Assembly: GCF_009914755.1 (NCBI RefSeq)
Contig: NC_060942.1
Source: the human T2T-CHM13v2.0 reference genome, Homo sapiens
Strand: one strand, 5' to 3'
Length of the DNA stretch: 64,000 bases
The position numbers and the translations under genes were made by a program. The notes under the pieces are model-generated. The model was not told the origin of the DNA and did no database searches. It was given only the letters and a program-made list of their open reading frames with translations. Numbering within the stretch: position 1 is the first letter of the stretch; the number at the start of each line of letters is the position of its first letter. This document shows positions 46,149 to 60,510 of this stretch, piece after piece.

Positions 46149-49100
46149 CAGAAAAGACATTTTATATAATGTCAACTTTCTTGAATTTGTTAAGATATGT
46201 GGGCTATTTTGGAGAATGTTTTCTGTATACTTGAGAAGAATGTATATTCTGCTGTTATTGAGTGAAATATTCTGTATATGTCTTGTCAGGTCAATTGGTC
46301 TATAGTGTTATTTAATTCCTTTATTTCCTCATTGATCTTCTGTCTGGTTGTTCTATTCATTACTGAAAGAGGAGGTCCTGAAATCTCCTACTATTATGTT
46401 GCTGTCTATTTCTCTCTTTGATTCTGTCAAAATTCCTTTCACATGTTTGTGGCTTTGATTTGCTGCACAAATATTTATAATTGTTATATCTTCTTAGTGA
46501 ATTGACCCTTTTATCATTATATAGTGTCTTTCACTGTCTTTTGTAATTGTTTTTGACTTAAAGTCTATTTTGTCTGATGTTAGTATGGCCACTCCTGCTC
46601 TCTTTTGGTTGCCACTGGTATGGAATATCTTTTTCCGTTCTTTCACTTCCAACCCTGTGTCGTCTTTAGATGTAAGTGGCTCTTATAGACAGCATATGGT
46701 TGGATCCTGTGACTTTTTTATCCATTCGATGACTGTCTTTTGATTGGGGAGTTTAGTCCAGTTACATTAAAGTAATTACTGATAGGGAAGGACTTACTAT
46801 TGCCATTTTGTTCATTCTTTTCTGTATGTCTTGTAGCTTTTCTCTTCCTCCTTTCCTCTCTTACTGCCTCCTTTGTGTTTCATTAAATTTTTTTGTAATG
46901 GCATGCTTTGACTTACTTTTAATTTCATTTTCTGTATATTTTACAGATTTTTTGTAGCTACCATTGCAATTACATAAAACAAAAAAGTTATAGCATTTTA
47001 TTAAATGTTATAAAATGCTTTTAAACTTAACAGCACACTATTTTATTTTATTTTTTTCTGACTACAAAGACAAAGAAAACAGCATACTATGTTAAACAGA
47101 TAATAACCTAACTCCAATCACATACATGCTTTACAAAGCATACAATATGCTTTACAGTATGTGTATAAATATCTTTATACAACACTTAATAAAGTGCTAA
47201 ATCACATACTATAAAATCGCCATTATTATTGATGCCACAGATATTTGTGTTGTATAAAGATATTTATGCAATAGATGTAGTTTTTAAAATATTTTCATCA
47301 TTTAAATTCTGTGTACCAAATTAACAATAATATAAGTTATTATATTTATCCATGTCTTTACTCTTGCTTGAGAACCTTATATTTTCTTATGACTCTGTGT
47401 TGCTGTCTAAATCCTTTTGTTTCTACTTGAAAGACTCTAGTTAGTGTTTCTTGTAGAGAAGGTCTAGTGGTAATAAACTCCTTTAGGTTTTATTTATCTG
47501 GGAAAGCCTTTCATTTTCGAAGGACAATTTTGCCAGATGCAGTATTGTTGTTTGACAAGTTCCCTCTGGCCCCAGCACTTTGAATATGTCACCCTACTTC
47601 CTTTGGCCTGCAGAGTTTCTGCTGGGAAATCTGCTGATAATCTTATGAAAGCTCCTTTTGTATGTGATAAGTTGCCTTCCTCTTGCTGCTTTCAGGAGTC
47701 TCTCTTTGTCTTTGATTTTAGACAGTTTGGCTACAATGTATCTCAGTGCAGTTTTCTTTAGGTTTATCCCAAAGCTAGTTAGAGCTTTTTGAATTTATTT
47801 CTTTCTTCAAATTTGGAAAGTTTGGAGCCATTATTTCTTTAATAATTTCTCTGCTCCTTTCTCTCTCTCTCTCTCTCTCTCCTTGGATTTCTATAATGTA
47901 TACGTTGGGCCCACTTGATTGTGTCCCTTATGTCACTTTTCTTCATTCTTTTTTCTTTTTGTTCCTTTGACTGGATGATTTCAAATGACCTGCCTTCAAA
48001 TTCACTGATTTTTTTCTTCTATCTGATCAAGTCTACTGTTGAACCCCTTTAGTGAATTTTTTAGTCAGATATTTTTGGGGGTTTTTTTTTCAAATAACTG
48101 TCTTTTAAAGGAAGAATAAAAACTCGATTGGTTTTTTTTTATAGTTTCCATCTCTTTGTTGATTTTCTCCTTTTGCTCATGCATAGTTTTCCTGATTTCT
48201 TTTTAATTGTGTATATGTGTTCTCTTTTTCTAAAGCTCATTGGTCATCTTTATGACTGTTATTTTAAATTCTTTGTCAGGGAGTTCATAGATTTGCAGTT
48301 CTTTTGGATCAGTTTTGAGAGATTCATTTTGTTTTGTTGATTAGGTTGTGTTTTCTTTTTTCATTTTTATGCCTTATAATCTGTTGAAATTTGGGCATTT
48401 GAAAAATCAACCACATCTCCCAGTCTTTACATACTGGCTTCATGCAGGGAAGGCTTTCACCCATCAGCCCAGCTAGAGGTTCTAGGACCTCTCAAACCTT
48501 TTTTGATCTCTTGCTTCCCCTGCTGTCCACCTGTGGAACTGCAACTCTAATGTACAGCTTGCCTCTTTTCAAGCATCTTCCAACTCTATCATTGGTTCCT
48601 TTAGTGCTCCAAGTCAGGAGAGACAGAAGCCAGTTTCTCAGGCAGCCCCCAGACAATCCAGAATGTTAGAAACATGGTCTACTCTTTTATTTTTATTCTG
48701 AGGGAGGAACCTTAGTATGGAGGTTTTCCTCTTGGTTGCCCTGTGCTATGCTGTGTAGAGGGAGAGGCACTGATGGGCACACATGAAATGCATGGCACAC
48801 ATGCATTTTTCTATTTGCTGGAATCTCTTCTTGGTTTTACCTTGGCCTGCATGCTGTAGCTTCTCAACGGGTCTCTAGAGTTCTCACAAAGGTATTCTAG
48901 TCCATACATTGCTATTAGTTCCATGTCTCTGTGGCAGAAGGAGGGCCTGGAGCTTTCTAGTCCATCTTGCTGATGTCACGCCTGGATATTTTTTTCAGTT
49001 CTGCATTTTAGCTGCAATAGATTCTCCTTATGAAAACCGTTTCTTCTTTTGTTGTGGAAAAGATGTCTGAAGAAGTTCTCTGCTAGTCCCACCTACTCTA

Positions 49101-50489
49101 ATAATAGATGGAGGAAGCATGGAGCTACTGAGCCTCGAAGGCTCCCTACCCAACCGTGTCCCTTTCTTCCTTGAGTCACTCATGCTACCTAAAATCACCA
49201 CTATTATTTCCATACACAATATGAATGGGAGAAGAAACAATTAAATTATTAGAACTCATCACCAGCTAAGTAAAAGGTGAGGTATGTATTTTCTCTCTCT
49301 CCCTCTCAATTACTGTAGGTATTACTTACAAAATAAATCTGTTTTCCAGCTATATAGACTCTCATTAACAAAACACTTAACACATTATTTTCCTTGCCCT
49401 TCCCACTGGAAGACAGTACAGCCCTGCCTTTCTTCCATGCTCCTTTGAATCGGAACAGTTAATAGCATTTTTGGGGTTTCAGGTGTGTGAAATGGGCTGC
49501 CTTGAAACTCCTCCATAGACTCTTGCTTTAAATGAGTGGATTATGGTGGAGAGAGAGGGTCTAAAGTCTGCGTGTGAGCTTTTGATCTCACCTCAGAAGG
49601 GTTTTAAGCCAGGTCGTTGGAGCAGGACCCAGAGAGGAGGCTAAGTATGTGGTCCCAGGAGGGATGGAGATCTGGGCCTCACCCACAGACCACCTGGTGG
49701 GGAGATGCTGGTGTGGAGATCTCTGGCAGCCTGGCACTGACCACAGAGGTCCAGGGATGCTCTCCCTGAGGGCACATGGTCAGCATCACCAGTTCTTTCT
49801 CTGATGAACTACAAGGGGCCAGAGGAGAGGCTTTTCAGCACTGAGCAGGATTGTTGAGTAACTGCCATTTTCTTGGGCCATCTGAGTTCCCTGTCCTGGC
49901 CACATAGGAGTGGAAAGGGAGTCACAAAAACATGACGGATATTCCACTTTCTCTCACCTTGGCAAGCTAATCATAATTTAACGTAGAAAAATTAATTATG
50001 TACTATTTATTACTCCTCAAGAACTGTGGGACAAAATACATGCTTTTATAAATGGAGCTATAAATTGACTTTTTACTTAGTACTGTACTAGGATTATCAC
50101 TTTGTAACATTAAATATTCTTCTAGAACATGATTTTTAATGACTACATAGTATTTTATGGATGATCTGTCTTTTGAAGGAATAATTTGATTATGCCATTT
50201 AAGTGTGGGGTGGAGAAGAGAGCTTTCTGGCTCGAGGAAGGGAGCTACATGGGCATTAGCTCAGAGAACCCGTCAAAGGACTGTCCTCAGTGCCACGTGT
50301 GAGCCCAGGTTCATCTGGGTTCTTAGCTCAAGCTGTGTTTTATTATACCAGAGACTTTTTGACCACAACTTACATTGAAAAATACATTTCTATGGCTACC
50401 TAGTGATTTTTAAACTAAATTTGTTGAAATTTTGCCTGACAGTGCTAAGGGAAGAGGAGTGTAAAGTGAGTGCACGTGTGAAAGTTTAT

Positions 50490-51980
<1,491 letters not shown>

Positions 51981-53213
51981 TTAAGGAAAAAATTTTCCTG
52001 AAACATTACCTTTGGCCATGCCATGCTATGCGTTCTGATGCTTTCAATCCTTTTTCAGTCTCTTCCATTCTATTGCATTCTATGCTGGTCATGCCATACT
52101 ACACTGATTTCACAACTCGAGATTTGAAAAAAGCACTGTACCCGTCTTGCTGCTTAATTTAAGTTCCCTCCTCTTCCTTAGAATAGTCTTTCTTACCATG
52201 GAGGAAGCCTTTGCCCAGAAAAGTCAGGGCAGGATGCTTTACAGACACTTGGGAAACTCAAGAATAGTTTCTTTTACAGCCTGACTGTGCTGACAGCCTG
52301 AAGCTCAGGAGCTGTCCAATTTGATTGTTTAAATAGGACTTTTCAGCTAACACTGCCTCCACTGACTCCATTTGTCCAAAGCCGGGCATATACATAGGCA
52401 CTAGCCACACCTAAAAGACCAAGAAAACAAATAAGAATTGATTAAATATTCATCTGCCTGATAATAGTGTTTGTTTTGTGCAGCTTTAGTGTTTGTTTTT
52501 GCCTCCCTAATATGAATCTTGGGCATTTTAACACACTAAATTGCTATTTCAAGATGAGTGGTAGGGTGAAGCTTTTTTCCTAAGGGAACGAGATTTTCTT
52601 GATTTTATATGTGTGAGAATGTTAAATTAATTGTTCCTAATGGTAAAACAATAAAGAATAATGCATGCATAAAAACTATAAAATAACAGATACGTTAACA
52701 ATTAAAAGCATTTTTAGAGTATATCCTTCTCATGTACACACACACACACCTCAACCAAATTATTTCGTAATTGAAGCCTAGCACTCAACAAATACTCACT
52801 AAATACATGACGCAATGAATGAATGAATGAATGCGTTACTTACCTCATGAAAGTATAACATTTGACTTAACTTGTTCAGCTTAGGTTTTCTTTATTGTCT
52901 CCCCCCACCCCGAATCTATATAGAGAAAAGAATATTGACAAATCTCAAATGGGCTGTGATGTGAATACATATTATAAAAATTACTATGAACTTTAAAGAA
53001 GAAGGTGTTTTTAGAATGATAATACCCTTTTGCTATGTTTTTGCTTCGCCCCAAACCATCCAGTAAGGTGGCTAGTGATAAGAGCAATATTCATAAATTC
53101 TTATCTTAGACAAGAAATAAAACATTCTTATTTAAATGGAATTGAATTTGAAAATGCAAAGATGTTGAACTTGAGTAAACTGGGTTATTCAAATTTACAT
53201 CAACACTGTAATC

Positions 53214-53510
<297 letters not shown>

Positions 53511-54519
53511 AACACTACCATCTTTGATTTCATTCCTCCTCAGGTTGAGACATCAAGATGACATTGCTTCAGAACAGAAAACCAAGTATACAAATAAGCA
53601 CCAAAAAGTTTTACTTCCTGTGAGAATGCAAATATGCGAAGGACTCCTAGGTTTGGACTTCCAGATTGCAGATTGGACTTCCTTCTCGTGTGTAAGGAGG
53701 GCTTGAGCTGATGCCACTGGGCCACCCTTGGTCGCATACCTTGAATTAATTTTCCAAGGAGTGATGTGTTTACAATGGCCTGTCTTGCCCAGTTGCACTT
53801 GGGACAAAACCCACAGATTTCTGACATGACCTGAGTAAGAAGTCCAGCCTACGGACACTGGGTTGAGTAAAACAAAAGGATCAAAGTCAGCATCAAATGC
53901 ACTCATTAAGCTCCATGAGCACCAGCCTGTCATCAGCTAAGTTAATTTGGGAGACACTAGTCTAATTGTCACCTACACATACAGGCCTATGACCTGGGAG
54001 AAGGCCAAGCCTTGCAGATGGGAATGCAAGAAGGGAAGCAGGAATAGGAGGGATTCTGGATGGAGATAACTATTATCTTAGTTTATTGGGGCCAAGTGAC
54101 AGCTTTCCAGTTATTGCAAAGAACTGGATAGTGAACAAGGACACACAAAGTCAAAACCACCATGATGTGGACACCAGACCTGTGGAGTGGGAAATACCAG
54201 TCTGCACTGGTCACTATTTTACAGGCAAAACTTAATTGCCCCATTCAGGAGAACACCTTTCAAAGGCAAAGTGCCTGACTGAATAACTGGGACTTCAGTT
54301 CAGCTTAGCCAAGCATACCCATTCCGAAGCCTTCACAGACCTTTAAAAGGGTCAGCCAGTTTGGCTTTTGAAGATGAAAATTGCAATTGGAATGAGAATT
54401 TTATTTCTTTCATTTGTTACAATGTGCAGGCAACTCCACACATTTCATAGGGTCAGCAGTGATCCCCAAATTAAAATTTTACATCTTTTACTCAATACCA
54501 GCAATAGTGGGCATACAAG

Positions 54520-54720
54520 GAAATGTAATGGAGAAGGAACAGCCTTCAGATGAAGGTGAAGCTTTATTCAAACCTGCCTTGACTGCTTTTAGCAGTGTGA
54601 CTTTGAACAAGTTATTGCAATTCCTGGTTCTCACTTTTCTCATATGTAAAATAAAGACAGTATCTACCTAGTATGATTGTTGTGAGGAGCGAATAAACCA
54701 TAAAAACACTAAAACAGCTC
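54520..54720 (+). mobile_element. MIR SINE
   Basis: tagcagtgtgactttgaacaagtta...ctcacttttctcatatgtaaaataa...attgttgtgagga. Confidence 0.75.
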
Positions 54721-54823
54721 ATGACTCCTTAATAATGGCAGGGCTGTTGTCATTACCCTGTATTTGTAGTATTCCTTCCTCAAAGCGAGGCCTGGAGACC
54801 TTCCCACACCATCAATCTGGATC

Positions 54824-54993
54824 AGTGAGTCTTAGACCTGGCTGTGAGTGAAAATTGCCTGGAAGCTTTTACAAATACCCCTGACAGGTGCCCACTCCAG
54901 AATGATGGAATCAGGATCTTTCCGGGTGGGGCCCACATATTTTGTAAAGCTTCCCAACTGATTCTTATTTGTAGTCAAGATTAAGACCCACTA
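54824..54993. mobile_element. MER5-like hAT-Charlie MITE
   Basis: Ends cagtg...cact; gaatcaggatct...ggtggggccc; aagcttcccaactgattct. Confidence 0.7.
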
Positions 54994-55069
54994 GTCTAGG
55001 TTAATTAGCAATAGTCCCCCCAACACACACAGACACTTATGTCCATTTCTTGAACCTGCTATCCCTAGT

Positions 55070-57056
55070 CATCTTTGGTATAGAATCATATCCTCTGTGA
55101 GGGGAGATAATTTGACCTACTCTCTTCCTATATAGATGCCTTTTATTTCTTTCTCTTGCCTGATTGCTCTGGCTAGGACTTCTAGTACTGTGTTGAATAG
55201 GAGTGGTGAGAGTGGGCAACTTTGTCTTGTTCCAGTTCTCAGGGGGAACACTTCCAGCTTTTGCCCATTCAGTATGATGTTGGCTATTGGTTTGTCATAG
55301 ATGGCTTTTATTATTTTGAGGTGTATTCCTTCAATGCCTAGCTTGTTTTTTAATAAACTAGGGTTTTGAACTAGGGCTTTTAACATGAAGAGATGTTGAA
55401 TTTTAATCAAAAGCCTTTTCCATTTATTAAGTTATTGATTTGCATATGTTGAATCAACATTGCATCTCAGGAATAAAACCTACTTGATCATGGTGGATTA
55501 GCTTTTTAATGTGCTGCTGCATTCAGGAGAGGATTTTGGCATCTTTGTTCATCAGAGATATTGGCCTGAAGTTTTCTTTATTCATTATGTCTCTGCCAGG
55601 TTTTGGTATCAGAATGATGCTGGCCTCATAGAATGAGTTAGGGAAAAGTCCTTCCTCCTTGCTTTTTTGGAATAATTTTAGTAGGATTGGTACTAGCTCC
55701 TTTTTATATATCTGGTAGAATTTGGCTGTAAATCCATCTGGTCCAGGGCCCTTTCTGGTTGGGAGGCTTTTTATTACTGATTCCATTTCAGAGCTCAGTA
55801 TTGGTCTGTTCAGGATTTCAACTTATTCCTGGTTCAATCTTGAGAGGTTTTATGTTTCCAGGAATTTATCAATTTCTTGTAGGTTTTCTAGTTTGTGCAT
55901 AGAGGTGCATAGAAGTGTTCATAATAGTCTCTGAGCATTTTTTGTACTTCTGTGGGGTCGGTGATAATGTCACCTTTGTCGTTTCTGATTCAGTCCATTT
56001 GGATCTTCTCTTTTTCCTCTATTAATGAAGATAGCAGTCTATCAATCTTATTTATTCTAAAAAAAAATCTTTGGTTTCATTGATCTTTTGTATGAATTTT
56101 TATGTCTCATTTGCATTCAGTTCAGCTCTGATTTTGGTTATTTCTTTTCTTCTGCTAACTTTGGGGTTGGTTTGGTCTTGTATTTTTTAGCTTCTCTAGA
56201 TGTGATGTTAGGTTGTTAATTTGAGATCTTTAACTTCTTGATGTAGGCATTTAGCAATATAAACTGTCCTCTAATGCTGATTTAGCTGTGTCCCAGAGAT
56301 TCTGGTATGCTGTAGTGTTTTTTTTTTCTTTCATTTACTTCAAATAATTTTTTTATTTCTGCCTCAATTTTATTATTTATCCAGAAGTCATTCAGGGACA
56401 GGTTGCTTAATTTCCATGAAATTGTATAGTTTTTAGAGATCTTCTTGGTACTGATTTCTATTTTTATTGTGCTATGGTCTGAGAGTGTGGTTGGTACAAT
56501 TTTGGTTTTTTTGAATTTGTTGAGAATAACTTTATGGCTGAGCATGAGGCCAATCTTAGAGTATATGCCATGTGCAGATAAGAAAAATGTATATTATGTT
56601 GTTGGGTGGAATACTCTGTAGATGTATATTAGGTCTGTTTGGTCAAGTGTTGAGTTTAGGTCAAGTGTCGAGTTTAGGTCAAATATCTTTGCTAGTTTTC
56701 TGCCTCAGTGATCTGTCTAACACTGTCAGTGGGGTGTTGAAGTCTCCCATTATTATTGTGTGGTTATAGAAGTCTTTTCATAGGTCTCTAAGAGCTTGTT
56801 TTGTGAATCTAAGTACTCCAGTGTTAAGTGCATATATATTTAGGATAGTTAAGTCTCCCTGTGGAACCGAACCCTTTATCAGTATGTAATGTCCTTATTT
56901 GTTCTTATTGAATGTTGTTGATTTAAAGTCTGTTTTGTCTGAAGTAAGAATAGCAGCCCTGCTCTTTTTTGTTTTCTGTTGCTTCATAGATCTTTCTCCA
57001 TTCCTTTACATTGAGCCTATGGGTGTCATTGAATGTGAGATGAGTATCTTGAAGAC
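55070..57056 (-). mobile_element. Internal L1 ORF2 fragment (old L1PA/L1PB)
   Basis: Frameshifted ORF2 peptides: [53 protein letters not shown]. Confidence 0.92.
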
Positions 57057-57096
57057 TAACTGTCCTTAGCTTCTAAAGGACTCTATGTTGCAATAC

Positions 57097-57401
57097 TTTT
57101 TTTCTTTTTTTTTGAGACAGGATCTGGTTCTGTCACCAAAGCTGGAGTAGTGGCATGATCATTGCTCACTGTAACCTTGAACTCCTGGGCTCAAGAGAAC
57201 CTCCTGCCTCAGCCTCCAGATTAGCTAGGACTACAGGTCCTTGCCACCATGCCCAAGTAATTGTTTTTATTTATGTATTTTTTTAGAGATGGGGTCTTAC
57301 TATGTTGCCCAGGCTGGTCTCAAATTCCTGGCCTTAAGCAATCCTCCCACCTTGGCCTCCCAAAGCAGTAGGATTACAGGTGTGAACCACTGCACCCAGC
57401 C
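57097..57401 (-). mobile_element. AluJ
   Basis: Full reverse Alu with J diagnostics. Confidence 0.92.
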
Positions 57402-57595
57402 TTCCAATGGTCTTTTTATTTTTAGTAATATTAGTTTCTAGAATTCTATAAAACAAGAAAAAATTCAACGTGAAATTCTGAAGTTATCCTTCCTTTCACC
57501 TCTTAATGTAAATCTAACATAGGTTCCACTTTTAGCAATTAAAATTCATTTTAGAAGTACCTACACTGCTGAACATTTGATGAGACTAAAAATTA

Positions 57596-57895
<300 letters not shown>

Positions 57896-58356
57896 TTCTA
57901 ATGATGATATTTACATTTTAAAGGCAGGATTTCTTTTAATGTGATTTTAAAATGGAATGTTTTACATTTTTATAAAATCATTATTTTGTGTATGCTCATA
58001 AAAGATGAAATATTTTAAATATTTTAAATAATTTGTACATATTTTAAATAGTGGTCTAGCAGTTTATGTACACATGTACCTATATGGAGTAGGTGGGGTG
58101 TAGAGAAGGAGAGAATTGGAAAATATATAATTATAAAATATATCAACCTGTATTTTCATCATAAGGACAAACAATATTACACTATATAGTGTCTTCTTTT
58201 CATTTGACTTATCCAGTTCTTCTCGTTAGTACATGATATATTTTTATAATTTGAATTTAGAAAAAGACAAAAAAGAAAAAATGATAAAGACAATTGTATC
58301 AAGTTGTGTTTGGAAGCATATAGCAGAAGATATGACAAAAAAAGGTCATAAGCAAG

Positions 58357-59345
58357 TATATTAGTTTCCCAGGGCTGCCATAACAATTTACCATAAATTT
58401 GAGGGCTTAAAACAACAGAAATGTATTCTCTTATAGTTCTGGAGGCCAGAAATGTGAAATCAATGTGTCTGAAGGGCCATGCTCCCTCTGAAGGCTCTGC
58501 AGGAGAATCCTTCCTTGCCTCTTTCAGTTTCTGGTGGCTTCGGGTGTTTCTTGGCTTGTGGCTGGATCACTCCAATCTCCACCTTCGTCTTCAGTTGGTC
58601 TTTATTGTCCTTGTGATAGAGGCAGGAGGCAGACAAATGCCTAGGCAGATAGGGAAGGGTCCCTGGTGAAAACCCCACCTTCAAGCTTAAAACAGCCTGA
58701 GGGCTGAAAGACCAGACTGCTGGTCCCAGATGAAACCTGTGATCCAGAGGGAGAATGTCTGCCCCAGTTTGCCTGCCCTTTCCCCATTGATTCTTTCTGA
58801 ATAATGCCTTATAGCCAATTGAATGTTGCCTTTCCAATACTACCTATGGCTTGCCTGGGCATACCCACGTGTGCACTAGGGAATGGGGTGGAACTACCAG
58901 GAATCCGCACCTTATGCGGGGAAGAGACTGGCCTCTTCAGTTTGTGTATGGTGACCCTGATATTCAATTAGAGAGGTGGAAACCTGTTGGCAGGACTCCC
59001 TCTCTTTGCTGAGAGCTTTGTTTTTGCTTAATAGATTCTGCCCTTTTCACCTTTCAGTGTGTCCACATGCCTAATTTTTCCTGGTTATGAGACAAGAACC
59101 CAGATTTAGCTGAACTAAGGAGTAAAAATCCTGCATCACTTGTGTCTTCTCCTCTTCTGTCTCTTATAAGGGTACTTGTCATTGTATTTAGGGCCCACCT
59201 AGATAATTCAGGATGCACTCATTTTGAATTCCTAACTTTATTACATCTGCACGAAAAATCATTAAAAAAATAAGGTCACATTCATAGGTTCCAGTGTTCA
59301 GGATGTGGACTTACCTTCTTGGGGGTCACCATTCAACCCACAACA
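58357..59345 (-). mobile_element. MLT1C/D-like MaLR LTR interrupted by an ERV1 LTR
   Basis: tattagtttcccagggctgccataaca...ggcttaaaacaacagaaat ... attcaacccacaaca. Flanks gcaag/acaag. Confidence 0.85.
58614..59138 (+). mobile_element. Solo ERV1 LTR (MER52/LTR27 group)
   Basis: tgatagaggcaggaggcagacaaatgcctagg ... aaatcctgcatca, with perfect 4-bp TSD cttg. Confidence 0.82.
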
Positions 59346-59350
59346 ACAAG

Positions 59351-59750
59351 TAAAAGGCTTATGTATTTCCAGTAACAAGAAGTTCTAGGAGGGCTGCCTC
59401 TTTCCTTCTTTCTTCCCTACTGGAGTGCAAAGACTTTCATCTCAGGTTTTGTAGCCTCATGATTGAATGTCATGTCCTCATGATTGCTTGATTGCATATT
59501 CAGCAGAAAAAAATGGGGAAGTAGCAAAAATTCCAAAGGATACAAGTGAATGAGGTCTGGCCTTTTCATAAAAGATTTCCTGGAAGTATAACCCAGTGAC
59601 TCCAACTTGCCTTTCATTGACTAGAACCAGATCATGTGGTCACCTCTTGCTACTGGCATTCTGGAAAAGTAAACATTTTGTCTTCCCAACTCCTGTCATA
59701 AAAGAAAGCAGGAATAAAAGCAATTGTGAATGGCTTTTGGGTGACCAATC
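59351..59750 (-). mobile_element. Older MLT1 (J/K/L-like) fragment
   Basis: taacaagaagttctaggagg; tcattgactagaaccagatcatgtggtcacc. Probably continuous with 58275-58350. Confidence 0.5.
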
Positions 59751-59883
59751 CTCACTATTCAAAGGGAGAACATAATATTGGCTCAAGACCTAGATCTTTC
59801 AGAAACTGCTCAAATGACATGCTATCTGGGACTGGACTAGAATATCCCCCTTCCATATGTCAACACTATTTAAGTTTGACTCT

Positions 59884-60251
59884 TGATATGTTTTGGCTCT
59901 GTGTCCCCAGCCAAATCTCATCTTGTAGCTCTCATAATTCCCACGTGTTGTGGGAGGGACCCAGTGAGAGATAACTGAATCATGAGGATGGGTCTTTCTC
60001 ATGCTGGTCTCGTGATAGCGAATAAGTCTCACAAGATCTGATGGTTTTAAAAATGGGAGTTTCCCAGCATGAGCCCTCTCTCTTTGCCTGCTGCCATCCA
60101 TGTAAGATGTGACTTGTTCCTCCTTGCCTTCCACTGTGACTGAGAGGCCTCCCCAGCCACATGGAACTGTAAGTCCATTAAACCTCTTTCTTTTGTAAAT
60201 TGCCCAGTCTCGGGTATGTCTTTATCAGCAGCATGAAAATGGATGAATACA
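59884..60251 (+). mobile_element. THE1B-like solo LTR
   Basis: tgatatg...ctctgtgtcccc...aaatctcatcttgtagct ... gaataca, with perfect 5-bp TSD actct. Confidence 0.95.
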
Positions 60252-60336
60252 ACTCTCCTGTATTGACGTTGGATAGTTACATATTTTCTGAATGCTGATA
60301 GCACATGTTTTGAGACTTTAGATCAAAAGAGTGCAA

Positions 60337-60510
60337 TAGGGTTTCCAGATTTGCAAATAAAATGCAAGACACCTAGTTAAATTTGAATTTCAGATAAACA
60401 ATGAATAAATTTTTAGTACAAGCATGTCCAAAATATTATACTTATATAGAAAAATTATTCATTGTTTATTAAAATTCAAATTTAACTATGCATCTTGTAT
60501 TTGCTCTGTG
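60337..60510. mobile_element. MER53 palindromic MITE
   Basis: agttaaatttgaattt...ataaacaatgaataa is mirrored by ttattcattgtttat...aaattcaaatttaact. Confidence 0.85.

Noticed and set aside
49688-49704. CTCF-like CCACCAGGTGG on the minus strand
   Set aside because: The 3' part of the motif diverges (TCTG), and a single partial match is expected by chance.
55037-56545. Reverse-transcriptase-like ORFs
   Set aside because: Fragmented L1 ORF2 with stops and frameshifts; an ordinary LINE fossil, not a novel RT system.
56641-56682. 18-bp tandem repeat (ggtcaagtgt(t/c)gagttta)
   Set aside because: Simple slippage duplication inside L1; not CRISPR-like because there are no unique spacers.
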